A stretch of 64,000 nucleotides of DNA from Thalassobaculaceae bacterium (GTDB taxonomy: Bacteria; Pseudomonadota; Alphaproteobacteria; Thalassobaculales; Thalassobaculaceae), in assembly GCA_965228875.1 (NCBI GenBank), contig OZ245843.1, positions 124,001 through 188,000 on the forward strand, in the 5' to 3' direction. Positions 27,416-38,026 of this stretch are shown here, in pieces (position 1 is the first letter of the stretch; each line of letters begins with the position of its first letter). Below the pieces are notes generated by a model. That model saw nothing but the letters and a program-made list of their open reading frames with translations. It was not told where the DNA came from and did not search any database. Made by a program: the position numbers and the translations under genes.

Positions 27416-29704
27416 ATGGCGGAGGATCTCAAGGACGCCGCGCTGTACTATCACGAGACTCCGGTACCGGGAAAACTCGCGGTCGTGCCGACCAAGCCGA
27501 TGGTCACACAGCGCGACCTGTCGCTCGCCTATTCGCCCGGCGTCGCCTACGCCTGCACCGCCATCGCCGAGGATCCCGGGACGGCGGCGCGCTTCACCGG
27601 CCGCCAGAATCTGGTCGGCGTGGTGACGAACGGCACCGCGGTCCTCGGCCTCGGCAACATCGGCCCGCTCGCCTCGAAGCCGGTGATGGAGGGCAAGGCG
27701 GCGCTGTTCAAGAAGTTCGCCGATATCGACGTGTTCGACATCGAGGTCGCGGAGCTCGACGTCGACCGCTTCGTCGAGGTGGTCGCCGCACTCGAGCCGA
27801 CCTTCGGCGGTATCAACCTTGAGGACATCAAGGCGCCGGAATGCTTCGAAATCGAGCGCAAGCTGCGGCAGCGCATGAACATTCCGGTGTTTCATGACGA
27901 CCAGCACGGCACCGCGATCTGTGTCGGTGCGGCGATCTTCAACGCCCTGCGCCTGGTCGACAAACCGCTCGAGGCGGTCCGCCTCGTCACGTCCGGCGCG
28001 GGTGCGGCGGCCATGGCGTGCATCGACCTGCTCGTGGCGATGGGGCTGAAGACCGAGAACGTCATCCTCACCGACATCGACGGCATCGTGTACACCGGGC
28101 GACCGCAGATGAACCCGGTGATCGCCCGATACGCCACCGACACGCCGATGCGCATGCTGGCCGAGGCGGTGGACGGGGCCGATATCTTCCTCGGCCTGTC
28201 GGCGCCGGGCGTGCTCAAGCCGGATATGGTGAAGACCATGGCCGACCGGCCGATCATCATGGCGTTGGCCAATCCAACGCCGGAGATCATGCCGGAGGAG
28301 GCCAAGGCGGCCCGCGCGGACGCGATCATCGCCACCGGCCGGTCGGACTATCCGAACCAGGTCAACAACGTGCTCTGCTTCCCCTTCATCTTCCGCGGCG
28401 CGCTCGATGTGGGAGCGACAACGATCAACGAGGAGATGAAGATCGCCGCGCTGACGGCGATCGCCGATCTGGCGATGCAGGAGGCCTCCGACATCGTCGC
28501 CACCGCCTATAACGGTCAGGAGCTGTCCTTCGGGCCGGACTACCTGATTCCGAAGCCGTTCGACCCGCGCCTGATCATGGAAATCGCGCCGCGGGTCGCC
28601 CAGGCGGCGATCGACAGTGGCGTGGCCGCCCGGCCGATCGAGGATTTCGACGCCTATCGCCAGAAGCTGTCGCAGTTCGTCTACCGCTCCGGTCAGGTGA
28701 TGCGTCCGGTCTTCGCCAAGGCACGCGAGGAGCCGAAGCGGGTGGTCTTTGCCGAGGGCGAGGAGGAACGGGTGCTGCGCGCCGTGCAGTCGGTGCTCGA
28801 CGAGAAGCTGGCCCGGCCGATCCTGGTCGGCCGCCCCGAGGTGATCGGGCGCCGGGTCGAACGCTTCGGTCTGCGGATGCGGGTCGGACGCGACGTCGAC
28901 GTCGTCGACCCGACCAACGACGACCGCTACGAGCTGTACTGGCGGACCTACCACGACTTGATGGAACGTCGCGGCGTGTCGCCGGACCGCGCCCGCGAGG
29001 TGGTCCGTACGAACGATACGGTCATCGCCGCGCTCATGATGCAACTCGGCGACGCGGACGCGGCGGTCTGCGGCACCGTCGGTCGGTACTGGGACCACCT
29101 GCGCCATGTCCGGCAGGTGATCGGCACCCGCCGCGGCGTGAACGAACTCTCCGCGGTCAGTCTACTGATCCTGCCCCAGGGATCGTATTTCGTGGTCGAC
29201 ACCCACGTCACACCCGACCCGAGCGCCGACGCGCTTGTGGAGATGGTCGAGCTGGCGGCGATCGAGGTCCGGGCGTTCGGTCTGGAGCCGAAGATCGCCT
29301 TCGTCTCGCACTCGCATTTCGGGACCTCCGACGAGCCGTCCGCGGCCAAGATGCGCGAGGCGGTCGCGAAACTGGCCGCCAAGCATCCGGGTCTGGAGGT
29401 CGAGGGCGAGATGCATGCCGACAGCGCGGTCTCGGAGGTCGTCCGCAGCCGGACCTTCCCCAACTCCCGTCTTCAGGGCGCGGCCAACCTGCTGGTCATG
29501 CCGACGCTCGACTCGGCCAACATCGCCTTCAACCTGCTGAAGTCGACCGGCCAGGGGCTCTCCGTCGGGCCGATGCTGGTCGGCACCGCCAAGCCGATGC
29601 ATATCCTTACCCAGTCGGTGACCGTGCGCGGCATCATCAACATGACTGCCGTCGCGGTCGTCGACGCCCAGGCCCATGAACAGGCCCGCCGAAAGGCGCG
29701 CTGA
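27416..29704 (+). CDS. maeB: NADP-dependent malic enzyme with C-terminal phosphotransacetylase-like domain
   Basis: [48 protein letters not shown]. Confidence 0.95.
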   Translation: MAEDLKDAALYYHETPVPGKLAVVPTKPMVTQRDLSLAYSPGVAYACTAIAEDPGTAARFTGRQNLVGVVTNGTAVLGLGNIGPLASKPVMEGKAALFKKFADIDVFDIEVAELDVDRFVEVVAALEPTFGGINLEDIKAPECFEIERKLRQRMNIPVFHDDQHGTAICVGAAIFNALRLVDKPLEAVRLVTSGAGAAAMACIDLLVAMGLKTENVILTDIDGIVYTGRPQMNPVIARYATDTPMRMLAEAVDGADIFLGLSAPGVLKPDMVKTMADRPIIMALANPTPEIMPEEAKAARADAIIATGRSDYPNQVNNVLCFPFIFRGALDVGATTINEEMKIAALTAIADLAMQEASDIVATAYNGQELSFGPDYLIPKPFDPRLIMEIAPRVAQAAIDSGVAARPIEDFDAYRQKLSQFVYRSGQVMRPVFAKAREEPKRVVFAEGEEERVLRAVQSVLDEKLARPILVGRPEVIGRRVERFGLRMRVGRDVDVVDPTNDDRYELYWRTYHDLMERRGVSPDRAREVVRTNDTVIAALMMQLGDADAAVCGTVGRYWDHLRHVRQVIGTRRGVNELSAVSLLILPQGSYFVVDTHVTPDPSADALVEMVELAAIEVRAFGLEPKIAFVSHSHFGTSDEPSAAKMREAVAKLAAKHPGLEVEGEMHADSAVSEVVRSRTFPNSRLQGAANLLVMPTLDSANIAFNLLKSTGQGLSVGPMLVGTAKPMHILTQSVTVRGIINMTAVAVVDAQAHEQARRKAR

Positions 29705-29717
29705 CGAACGGTGATGC

Positions 29718-31226
29718 ATGACACCTGACGACGATCGTCCGGACGAGACCGATGCGGCCGCAAAGGGTGCCGAGACTGAGGACTCCAGGCGCAAGCCGAA
29801 GGTGCGCCGACGGGAGCTGAAGGCGAAGATCCGCGCCCTCGAGGCGGAGATCGCCGAGACCCGGGAGAATGTTCCGGAGGAGCCGCTCTATGGTCTGACG
29901 CCGCGGCTGGAGGCCGCGGTGGTGCGGGCGCTGGAGCAGGACCGCCTGCCGATCATCCCGCGGCTGATGCGGCCGCTCCACCCGGCCGATCAGGCCGACC
30001 TGATCGAGCGTCTGGTTCCCGAGCAGAGACTGACGCTGATCGCCGCGATGGGCGCGACGTTCGACGCCGACGTGCTGGCCTATCTCGACGACACGGTGCG
30101 CGACGAACTGGTCTCGACCTGGGGCGAGGAGGAACTGACCCGCTTCCTGTCGGCACTCGATTCCGACGACGCCGTTGACCTGTTCGGCGAGCTCGACGAG
30201 GCCGATCAGGCGCGGATCCTGGCCGCCCTGCCGGCCAAGGACCGGATCTTCCTGGAAGAGGGGCTGAACTTCCCGGAGGACTCCGCCGGACGCCTGATGC
30301 AGCGTGAGATGGTCGTGGTGCCGGCCCATTGGACGGTCGGCCAGACCATCGACTTCCTGCGCACGGTGCGCGAGCTCCCGGACGACTTCTACGACATCTT
30401 CGTGGTCGATCCGGCGCATCGGCCGGTCGGCGAACTCGCCCTCTCGCACCTGTTGCGGGCCAAGCGGCCGGTTCGGGTCTCGGACATCATGCGCAAGGAT
30501 TTCCGCCGGATACGCGCGGAGATGGACCAGGAAGAGGTGGCGCTGCTGTTCCGCCAGTACGGGCTGGTCGCCGCCCCCGTGGTCAGCGAGGACGAGCGGC
30601 TGCTCGGCGTCATCACCGTCGACGACGTGGTCGACGTGATCGACGAGGAGGCCGAGGAGGATCTGATGCGCCTGGCCGGTGTCGGCGAGAGCGACCTGTA
30701 TGGGTCGCTCTGGGACACCGCCAAGACGCGCTTTCCCTGGCTGGTGATGAACCTCCTGACGGCGATCGCCGCCTCTGTCGTGATCGGCCTGTTCGAGGCG
30801 ACCATCGAGAAGGTGGTGGCACTGGCGGTGCTGATGCCGATCGTCGCCTCCATGGGCGGAAACGCCGGAACCCAGACCCTCACGGTGGCGGTTCGGGCCC
30901 TGGCCATGCGCGATCTCGACACCCGCAACGCGGTGAAGTTCATCGCCAAGGAGACGTTGGTCGGCTCGCTCAACGGTATCGCCTTCGCGGTGATGGTCGC
31001 CGGCGTGTCGGTGGCCTGGTTCGGGGACTTCCAGATCGCCTGGATCATCGCCATCGCCATGATCCTGAACCTGATCGTCGCGGGCCTCGTCGGCACCCTG
31101 ATCCCGCTGGGCCTCGACCGATTCAAGATCGACCCGGCGGTGGCCAGCGGCGTGTTCCTGACCACAGTGACCGACGTGGTCGGGTTCTTCGCCTTCCTGG
31201 GACTTGCGACCCTGTTCCTGATGTAG
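29718..31226 (+). CDS. mgtE: Magnesium transporter MgtE
   Basis: LHPAD, CBS pair, LMPIVASMGGNAGTQT, IDPAVASGVFLTTVTDVVG. Confidence 0.95.
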   Translation: MTPDDDRPDETDAAAKGAETEDSRRKPKVRRRELKAKIRALEAEIAETRENVPEEPLYGLTPRLEAAVVRALEQDRLPIIPRLMRPLHPADQADLIERLVPEQRLTLIAAMGATFDADVLAYLDDTVRDELVSTWGEEELTRFLSALDSDDAVDLFGELDEADQARILAALPAKDRIFLEEGLNFPEDSAGRLMQREMVVVPAHWTVGQTIDFLRTVRELPDDFYDIFVVDPAHRPVGELALSHLLRAKRPVRVSDIMRKDFRRIRAEMDQEEVALLFRQYGLVAAPVVSEDERLLGVITVDDVVDVIDEEAEEDLMRLAGVGESDLYGSLWDTAKTRFPWLVMNLLTAIAASVVIGLFEATIEKVVALAVLMPIVASMGGNAGTQTLTVAVRALAMRDLDTRNAVKFIAKETLVGSLNGIAFAVMVAGVSVAWFGDFQIAWIIAIAMILNLIVAGLVGTLIPLGLDRFKIDPAVASGVFLTTVTDVVGFFAFLGLATLFLM

Positions 31227-31243
31227 CGCGACCCCGGTCCGCC

Positions 31244-31822
31244 TCAGGCAGGTTCGATCGCCCGCCAACCGTGGACGACCGTGCGGTCGGGGACGGAGAG
31301 GGCGAAGACATGGCCGCCGTTCGCGCCCGGCTGGTCGAAGCGCCGGGAGATGGGTGCCCCCCGGTAGTGCGCCAGCGCCAACGCGCCCACCGCGCCGTGG
31401 GCGACTACGGCCAGATCGCCGGACCCGGTCTCCATGATGCTCTCCAGGGCGGCGACGATCCGTGCCTGCTCGTCCGCCGCGCGGGCCCAACCGCGCACGC
31501 TCTGCTGCGGCTCGGCGAAGAACGCGTCGGCCGCTGCCTGGAACTCGACCGGTGGCAGGTATCCGGTGGCCGACCGGTCGTTCTCGCCGAGGTCGGGGCG
31601 GGGGATCGGCACCAGTCCCGCCGCTCCGCCCAGGATCTCCGCCGCCTCTTGCGCCTTGCGCTCCGTGCTGCAGTACAGGGCCGATAGGGACGCTACCCAG
31701 GGGCAGGCGGCCAGGGCCGCCATCCGTGCCCGCCCGCGATCGGACAGGGCCCAGTCGGTGATCGCCACCGCGGGATCGATGACGACGTCGGGGTGGGTGA
31801 TGAAGCGGAGGGTGGCGCTCAC
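31244..31822 (-). CDS. Histidine phosphatase (phosphoglycerate mutase-like) family protein
   Basis: FITHP, LSDRG, STERKAQE, LGENDRS, VAHGAV. Confidence 0.85.
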   Translation of the reverse strand: MSATLRFITHPDVVIDPAVAITDWALSDRGRARMAALAACPWVASLSALYCSTERKAQEAAEILGGAAGLVPIPRPDLGENDRSATGYLPPVEFQAAADAFFAEPQQSVRGWARAADEQARIVAALESIMETGSGDLAVVAHGAVGALALAHYRGAPISRRFDQPGANGGHVFALSVPDRTVVHGWRAIEPA

Positions 31823-32835
31823 TCCGCCGCCGCGGCCGCCGCACCGAGCGAGATCGCGCTCATCCGCGCCGCCGCCGCCGCCGCGTCGTCTATCAGCCTG
31901 TCCATGATCGCCTCGACCGGCTCGATCCGGTCGGCGAAGACGCAGGACTGACCCATGGACAGGATCCCCTTCTCGGCATCGCCCTCGGCGTAGGCCTCCT
32001 TCTGGATCAGGCCCGTGACGTAGGGGCGGTAGACCTCGAAATCGGTCACGCCCTGCTTCTCAAGTTCGGCGATGGCGCGGGTCGTGGCGTTGTCGATGCC
32101 GCGGAAGGTGTTGCGCATGGAGGCGAGGACCAGGGCCGTGTCGGTTTCCTGCGCGTCGATCACCCGCTGCTTGATCGCCTCGTGGCTCCAGATCTCGCTG
32201 GCGACCAGGAACCGGGTGCCGATCAGCGCCGCCTCGCCGCCCATGGCCAGAACCGCCGCCACCTGGGCGCCGGTGCCGATGCCGCCGCCGATCAGGACCG
32301 GCTTGTCGACGCGGCCGACCGCGAGCGGTGCCTGAACGATGGAGCCGACCAGGTTGAGCCCCGGGTGGCCGCCGCATTCCGCGCCGACCACGGCGACCGC
32401 GTCGACCGGCAGCTTGCTGGCCACGGAGACCGCGTGCTTCACCGTGGCGACCTTGTGGAACACCACGCCGCCGGCATCCTTGATCCGGTCGACGAACTCT
32501 GCCGGCGGCAGGCCCGCCGTCTCGAAATGGCGCACACCCTTGTCCAGCGCGATCTCGAGTTGGGCCGGCAGGTCCTTGTTGTGGTCGGTGTGGACCGACA
32601 TGTAGAGGTTCACGCCGAACGGCCTGCCGCCGGTGAGCGTCTTCGCCCTGTCCAGTTCCGCCTCGAACTCCCCCGGTCCGGGGAAGCTCTTGGCGGTGAT
32701 GAAGCCCATGCCGCCCGCGTTCACCACGGCGGCCACGTAGGCCGCGTCCGACAGCCACATGAGACCGCCGGCGACGATCGGATGGTCGATGCCGAACAGC
32801 TCTGTGATGCGGGTCTTGAAACGCTGCGGCCTCAT
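31819..32835 (-). CDS. Nitronate monooxygenase / FabK-like flavoprotein
   Basis: TRITELFGIDHPIVAGG, PFGVNL, GAECGGHPG, GGIGTG, GTRF. Confidence 0.88.
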   Translation of the reverse strand: MRPQRFKTRITELFGIDHPIVAGGLMWLSDAAYVAAVVNAGGMGFITAKSFPGPGEFEAELDRAKTLTGGRPFGVNLYMSVHTDHNKDLPAQLEIALDKGVRHFETAGLPPAEFVDRIKDAGGVVFHKVATVKHAVSVASKLPVDAVAVVGAECGGHPGLNLVGSIVQAPLAVGRVDKPVLIGGGIGTGAQVAAVLAMGGEAALIGTRFLVASEIWSHEAIKQRVIDAQETDTALVLASMRNTFRGIDNATTRAIAELEKQGVTDFEVYRPYVTGLIQKEAYAEGDAEKGILSMGQSCVFADRIEPVEAIMDRLIDDAAAAAARMSAISLGAAAAAAE

Positions 32836-32857
32836 CTGCGGTCCTCCCTCAGCGCCG

Positions 32858-34966
32858 TCAGCGCGGCACGATCAGGGCGTCGAGCGCGACGCATCCCTTG
32901 CCCCTGGGTAGCACCCGTACGGGGTTGAGGTCGACGCTTTCGAGCCGCGCGCCTTGTGCCGCGGCGAAGACCGATACCTTGGCCAGCAACTCGGCCAGCG
33001 CGTCGACGTCGGCCGGTGGCGCGCCCCGGACCCCCTCATAGATCTTCGCGCCCTTGAGCTCGGCGATCATCCGCCGCGCCTCGTCGACGCCGAAGGGGGC
33101 CAGGCGGAAGGCGACGTCCTCGAGTACCTCGACCAGGATGCCGCCGAGCCCGACCATGACCACCGGGCCGAAGGTCGGATCGTTCTGAACGCCGATCACC
33201 GTCTCGACGCCCTCCGGTGCCATGGCGGCGACCAGGACACCGTCGATCCGCGTCTCCGGCATGGCCTGGGACACCCGGCCCATGAGCCCGTCATAGGCGG
33301 CCGCAGCGGTATCGGCGGACACGCCGACCACGACACCGCCGACCTCGGTCTTGTGCAGGATGTCGGGCGACGCGATCTTCAGCACCGCCTGTCCGCCGAG
33401 GGCGCTCACGGCTTCCTGCGCCTCGCGGGCGCTGGTGACCAGACGGCGGTCGACGAACGGCACGCCCCAGCCTTCCAGCAGGTCGGACGCCTCATGCTCG
33501 CCGATCCGGGCCTCTGGCACGGAGGCCGCGCCCGACGGTGCCGGCGGGGGAAGGGCCTCGTTTCGGCGGGCGAAGAAGCGGCCGAACCGGCTGATCGCCG
33601 CGGCGGCGGCCACCGCCCGGGTCGGATCCTCGAACACCGGATAGCCGCCTTCCTCGTAGTGCCGCACGATCTCCGGCGGCGCGATGAGCGAGAGGATGAT
33701 CGACTTGTCGGGGAACCGTTCCCGCGTCTCCTCCAGGGTCTTGATGAGATCGTCGGCGATATAGCGTGAGGCGGCGATCATGGTGAAGAACGCCACCACC
33801 ACGTCGTAGCCGCCGTCGTCCAGCATCATCCGCATGTTCGTGGTGATCAGGGACAGGTCGTTGAAGGCCTGGGCGGTGATGTCCACGGGATTGCGTACGG
33901 CGGCGAAGGGCAGGAGTTCCTTCAGGTCCTTCTGCGTCTGCTCCGGCATCTCCTTGACGTCGAGGCCGTAGTCGACAGCCGCGTCGGCCATCTGCACGCC
34001 GACGCCGCCGGAGATCGTCATCAGGCCGATGGCGTTGCCGTTCGGGAACGCGCCGCGCGCGCAGATGTAGGCGGCGTCGATCATCTGGTCGGTGGTGTCG
34101 ACCCGCATCACGCCGTACTGGGCGAACAGCGCATCGTAGACCCGGTCGGATCCGGCAAGGGCCGCGGTATGCGACGCGGCGGCGGCGGCCCCGATCTCGG
34201 AACGGCCGACCTTCTGGAAGATCACCGGTTTACCGGCTTCGGCCGCCGCCGACAGGGCCGCGCGCGTGGCGTCGCCGTCGCGGATGCCTTCGGCATAGGC
34301 GACGATCACCCTGGTGTCGGGGTCGGCGGCGAGATAGGCGATGGCGTCGGCGACGTCCACGTCCGCCTCGTTGCCGGTGGTGATCCAGATCCCGGTCTCG
34401 ACCCCCTTCTGACGCATCAGGTGGAACACGTGGCTGCCGTAGGCGCCGGACTGGCTGGCGATCGACACCGGCCCAGGTTTCGGGAGCAGGTGATCGACCG
34501 AGGAGGAGAAGGTCGCCAGCCAGTCGCAACGGGCGTTGAAGATACCGAGGCAGTTCGGCCCCAGGACCCGGATGCCGCCGGCCCGCGCCACCGCGCGCAC
34601 CCGGTCCTGCAGCTTCGCCCCTTCCTCGCTGGTCTCGGCGAAGCCCGAGGAGAAGACGACGGCGCCCTTCGTTCCCTTTTCGGCCAGAGCCTCCAGGGTA
34701 TCGGCGACCATCGGCGCCGGCACGGCGACGATCGCCGCGTCGGGCGCGCCGGGCAGGGAGGCGACGTCGGCATAGGCCTGCAGCCCCTGAACCGTCTCGC
34801 GCTTGGGGTTGACGGGCCACAGCGGGCCGGAGAATCCGGCCCGGATCATGTAGCCGAGCGGCCGCCCGCCGATCCGCTTCGGGTCGTCCGAGGCGCCGAT
34901 GACGGCGATGGACCTGGGTGCGATCAGCGGCGTCAGGGTGGCGACGTCGGGTCTGTCGTTGCTCAT
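32858..34966 (-). CDS. Acetate--CoA ligase (ADP-forming) family protein
   Basis: PRSIAVIGAS, VLGPNCLG, SQSGA, AAASHTAALAG (phospho-His), LKIASPDILHKTEVGGV, DLNPV. Confidence 0.92.
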   Translation of the reverse strand: MSNDRPDVATLTPLIAPRSIAVIGASDDPKRIGGRPLGYMIRAGFSGPLWPVNPKRETVQGLQAYADVASLPGAPDAAIVAVPAPMVADTLEALAEKGTKGAVVFSSGFAETSEEGAKLQDRVRAVARAGGIRVLGPNCLGIFNARCDWLATFSSSVDHLLPKPGPVSIASQSGAYGSHVFHLMRQKGVETGIWITTGNEADVDVADAIAYLAADPDTRVIVAYAEGIRDGDATRAALSAAAEAGKPVIFQKVGRSEIGAAAAASHTAALAGSDRVYDALFAQYGVMRVDTTDQMIDAAYICARGAFPNGNAIGLMTISGGVGVQMADAAVDYGLDVKEMPEQTQKDLKELLPFAAVRNPVDITAQAFNDLSLITTNMRMMLDDGGYDVVVAFFTMIAASRYIADDLIKTLEETRERFPDKSIILSLIAPPEIVRHYEEGGYPVFEDPTRAVAAAAAISRFGRFFARRNEALPPPAPSGAASVPEARIGEHEASDLLEGWGVPFVDRRLVTSAREAQEAVSALGGQAVLKIASPDILHKTEVGGVVVGVSADTAAAAYDGLMGRVSQAMPETRIDGVLVAAMAPEGVETVIGVQNDPTFGPVVMVGLGGILVEVLEDVAFRLAPFGVDEARRMIAELKGAKIYEGVRGAPPADVDALAELLAKVSVFAAAQGARLESVDLNPVRVLPRGKGCVALDALIVPR

Positions 34967-34980
34967 GCTTCGAATGTGCC

Positions 34981-36027
34981 TCAGACGGTGGCGATGGCGT
35001 TGGCCGGCGAGCCGACGGCGCCCGGCAGGTTCAGCGGCGGTGCGGTGAGCAGGAAGCGGTTGCGGCCGTTCTCGTGCAGCCAGTTCGCCAGTTCCGTCAG
35101 GTACCAGATCTCGCCGAGATGGACGCCGAGCTTGAACAGGCAGAGCTCGTGCAGCGGCAGCATTACCTTCTTGGGACCGTTGCGGCGGTCCCGTCCCGGC
35201 GCCTGCTCGACTGCGTAGTTGTCGGCGATGAGGACCGCAAGGCCGCTGTCGCGCACCCAGTCGTGCAGTTCCGGATCGCCGCCATCCAGCGCGGGGCATC
35301 CGTTGTGCATCATTTCGGGATCCGGGTCGCCCGCCATCTCGACGATCTTCTGGGCGAAGCCGGTGTGCAGGCAGACCATGTCGCCTTCCTCCACCACCAC
35401 GCCGTCCTTCTCCATGATCTCGGAGAGCATCTTGTAGTCGACCACCGTGCGGGCGTCGCCCAGGTGGCGGTGCAGGTCGATCATCACGCCGCGTCCCTGG
35501 ACGCCGGCCCTGGCCATGTTCTCGATGCCCAGGGCCTTCGCCCGCACGCCTTCGAAGCGCATCAGCGGATCGGCCTCGTCGTTGCGCGGCCCGGCGAGCT
35601 TGTGTTCCTGACCGCTCCAGCCGTTGTAGTAGACGACCTCGGGGACGCCATCGCCGTTGGCATCGAACATCGAGCCCACGTGGGTCAGGCTGTCCCACTG
35701 CGAGGAGTACTGCAGGCAGATCAGCGCGGCGTCGTCGCAGATGACGTCGGTAAGCTCCGGGTCCTCCTGCTCCATCGCGAAGTTGTAGTTGGCGAGGCTG
35801 TTGCGCTCGGTCGCGAAGAGGCGGGGCGGGAAGCGGCGGGGATTCAGAATGCGCCCGCCCGGCAGATCCATCGGCAGCGCAAGACAGAACCGCTGCCCGG
35901 TTCGGACCTCCTTGACGGCCTCTACCACCCGCTCCGGCGTCAGCAGGTTGAGTCGCCCAAGCTGGTCGTCGGGACCGAAATCGCCCCAATTCGACCCCTC
36001 AGGCCGGTTGATCCACCGTCCCGTCAT
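34981..36027 (-). CDS. Cyclase family metal-dependent hydrolase
   Basis: SNWGDFGPDDQLGRLN, QYSSQWDSLTH, QGRGVMID, DNYAVE, HLGEIWYL, GAVGSPAN. Confidence 0.9.
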   Translation of the reverse strand: MTGRWINRPEGSNWGDFGPDDQLGRLNLLTPERVVEAVKEVRTGQRFCLALPMDLPGGRILNPRRFPPRLFATERNSLANYNFAMEQEDPELTDVICDDAALICLQYSSQWDSLTHVGSMFDANGDGVPEVVYYNGWSGQEHKLAGPRNDEADPLMRFEGVRAKALGIENMARAGVQGRGVMIDLHRHLGDARTVVDYKMLSEIMEKDGVVVEEGDMVCLHTGFAQKIVEMAGDPDPEMMHNGCPALDGGDPELHDWVRDSGLAVLIADNYAVEQAPGRDRRNGPKKVMLPLHELCLFKLGVHLGEIWYLTELANWLHENGRNRFLLTAPPLNLPGAVGSPANAIATV

Positions 36028-36175
36028 CGTTTCCTCCATCCCGGATTGCCGCCTCTCGAACGGGGCGGTGCTTGATCTTTATCGGCGCGATTGTCGCGGG
36101 TGGCGGAGGTGCGCGCAAGACCACTACCGCCGGGGCCGACACCGTGATAGCGAGACGCCTCACCGCGAGGTTCCG

Positions 36176-37093
36176 ATGGCCGTTCCCGCTCACGCCGCGT
36201 CTCTGCCACCGTCACCGCCGACACAACTGCGGCAGTCGCTGCCGGCGGCGATCCTGTGCATGATCGCGGCCCAGATCGTGTTCACGGCGATGGACACGAC
36301 GATGAAACTGCTCTCGGACGGTTTCGGCGCGGCGCAGATCGTCTGGGGATTCTTTGCGGCCTTCACGCTCGCCGCGACGGTGGATGCGGCCCGCAGAGGC
36401 ACCGTTCGCACGGTGTTGGCGACCCGTCGACCGGTGCTTCATCTCGCCCGCGCCCTCCTGCTGCCCGTCAACATGGCGATGATGGTGCTTGCCCTGAACC
36501 TGCTGCCGATCGCCACGGTGACCACAGTCGTCTGCACCTTCCCGCTGATCGTGACCGCGCTCTCGGTGCCGATCCTGGGCGAGCATGTGGGCGTGCGGCG
36601 CTGGACGGCAGTGGCGATCGGCTTCGTCGGTGTGCTGATCGTCGTGCGGCCGGGAACGGACGTGTTCGACCCGGCGGCCCTGATCGCGCTGGGGGCCGGG
36701 GCCGTCTACGCGCTCTATCTCGTCCTGACCCGCCTGTTGAGCCGGACCGACGGGCCTGACGGGATCGCCCTCACCACCGCGTGGGTCGGCCTCGCCGTGT
36801 ATTCGATCGCGTTGCCGTTCGGCTGGCGGACACCCACCATGGAGGAAGCGCTCCTCCTGGGCTTCGTCGCGCTCGCCGGAACGGTCGGCCACCGGCTCAT
36901 CATCGCCGCCTTCTCCCGTGCGCCGGCAAGCACGCTGCAGCCCTTCACGTACCTCCAGGTCGTGTGGGCCACGCTTGCCGGGCTGCTGGTGTTCCGCCAT
37001 CTGCCGGACGCGGTCACCCTGACGGGCGCCGGCGTGATCGCGGCGAGCGGCCTGTACGCGTGGTGGCGCGAGCGCCGGGTGGCGGGCCGATGA
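36176..37093 (+). CDS. DMT/EamA family transporter (tandem copy 1)
   Basis: LGEHVGVRRWTAVAIGF, APASTLQPFTY. Confidence 0.9.
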   Translation: MAVPAHAASLPPSPPTQLRQSLPAAILCMIAAQIVFTAMDTTMKLLSDGFGAAQIVWGFFAAFTLAATVDAARRGTVRTVLATRRPVLHLARALLLPVNMAMMVLALNLLPIATVTTVVCTFPLIVTALSVPILGEHVGVRRWTAVAIGFVGVLIVVRPGTDVFDPAALIALGAGAVYALYLVLTRLLSRTDGPDGIALTTAWVGLAVYSIALPFGWRTPTMEEALLLGFVALAGTVGHRLIIAAFSRAPASTLQPFTYLQVVWATLAGLLVFRHLPDAVTLTGAGVIAASGLYAWWRERRVAGR

Positions 37094-37974
37094 ACGGCGC
37101 CTCCATGTCCGACGGCGCGCGGGGGATCCTGCTGATCCTGCTGGCCAATCTCGGCTTCGCCGGGATGGACGCGGTGTCGAAGACGCTGACCATGGAGTAT
37201 TCGGTCGCCCAGATCCTCTGGATCCGCTTCGCCTTCTTCGCTGGATTCGCCACGGTCCTCGCGGTGCGGCGTGGCGGTAGCGTGATCGCCCAGTTCAAGA
37301 CCACCCGCCCGGTGTTCCAGACCGCCCGCGCTCTGCTGCTGGTGGCGGAGATCGGCTGCTTCATCCTCGCCTTCCGCTACATGCAGCTGGCCGAGACGCA
37401 TTCCATCGGCGCCGTCTTCCCGCTTGTCATCACCGCGCTCTCCGCGCTTTGGCTCGGCGAACAGGTCGGGGTCCGGCGGTGGACTGCGGTCGCCATCGGC
37501 TTCCTCGGCATGCTCGTGATCCTGCGGCCGGGCCTGGCGGTGTTCGACCCGAACGCCCTGCTGCCGCTGGCGGGCGCCACCATGTTCGCCGTCTACCAGG
37601 TGATGACCAAGGTGATCGCCCGCACGGACAACATGGTGACAATCCTGCTCTACACCGGCTGGATCGGGTTTCTGGCGATGAGCTTCTTCGGCCCGTTCCA
37701 CTGGGTGTGGCCGGATGCGAAGGGCTGGGGCCTGCTGTTGCTTGCCGGCCTGCTCGGCTCGATCGGCCACGCCACGGTCATCAAGGCGCTGGAGATCGCA
37801 CCGGCCAGCGTGCTGCAGCCGTTCAACTACACCCTGCTGGTCTGGGCGACCGGGATCGGGTTCGTGGTGTTCGGCGACCTGCCGGACCTGTGGACCGTGG
37901 TTGGTGCCGCGATCATCGTCGCCAGCGGCCTCTACGTGTGGTGGCGCGAGCGGGTGAGGGCCGCCCGGGTCTGA
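37090..37974 (+). CDS. DMT/EamA family transporter (tandem copy 2)
   Basis: LGEQVGVRRWTAVAIGF, APASVLQPFNY; ATGA overlap with the previous gene. Confidence 0.9.
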   Translation: MNGASMSDGARGILLILLANLGFAGMDAVSKTLTMEYSVAQILWIRFAFFAGFATVLAVRRGGSVIAQFKTTRPVFQTARALLLVAEIGCFILAFRYMQLAETHSIGAVFPLVITALSALWLGEQVGVRRWTAVAIGFLGMLVILRPGLAVFDPNALLPLAGATMFAVYQVMTKVIARTDNMVTILLYTGWIGFLAMSFFGPFHWVWPDAKGWGLLLLAGLLGSIGHATVIKALEIAPASVLQPFNYTLLVWATGIGFVVFGDLPDLWTVVGAAIIVASGLYVWWRERVRAARV

Positions 37975-37997
37975 ACGCGCGGTGCACAGCGTCCGGG

Positions 37998-38026
37998 CTT
38001 GACCCGAAGTGCCGGAGACCCTATTT
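37998..38026 (+). promoter_or_regulatory. Alphaproteobacterial sigma70-type promoter
   Basis: CTTGAC-N17-CTATTT about 150 nt upstream of CDS 38177. Confidence 0.6.

Noticed and set aside
32858..34966. DddX-type DMSP lyase assignment for the ADP-forming CoA ligase
   Set aside because: The family is large, the BCCT gene is 12 kb away and no diagnostic ddd genes are adjacent; this cannot be supported without a phylogeny.
32858..35989. Apparent 1043-aa CoA ligase fusion
   Set aside because: The upstream part is an off-frame read of the cyclase gene; the ligase starts at 34966.
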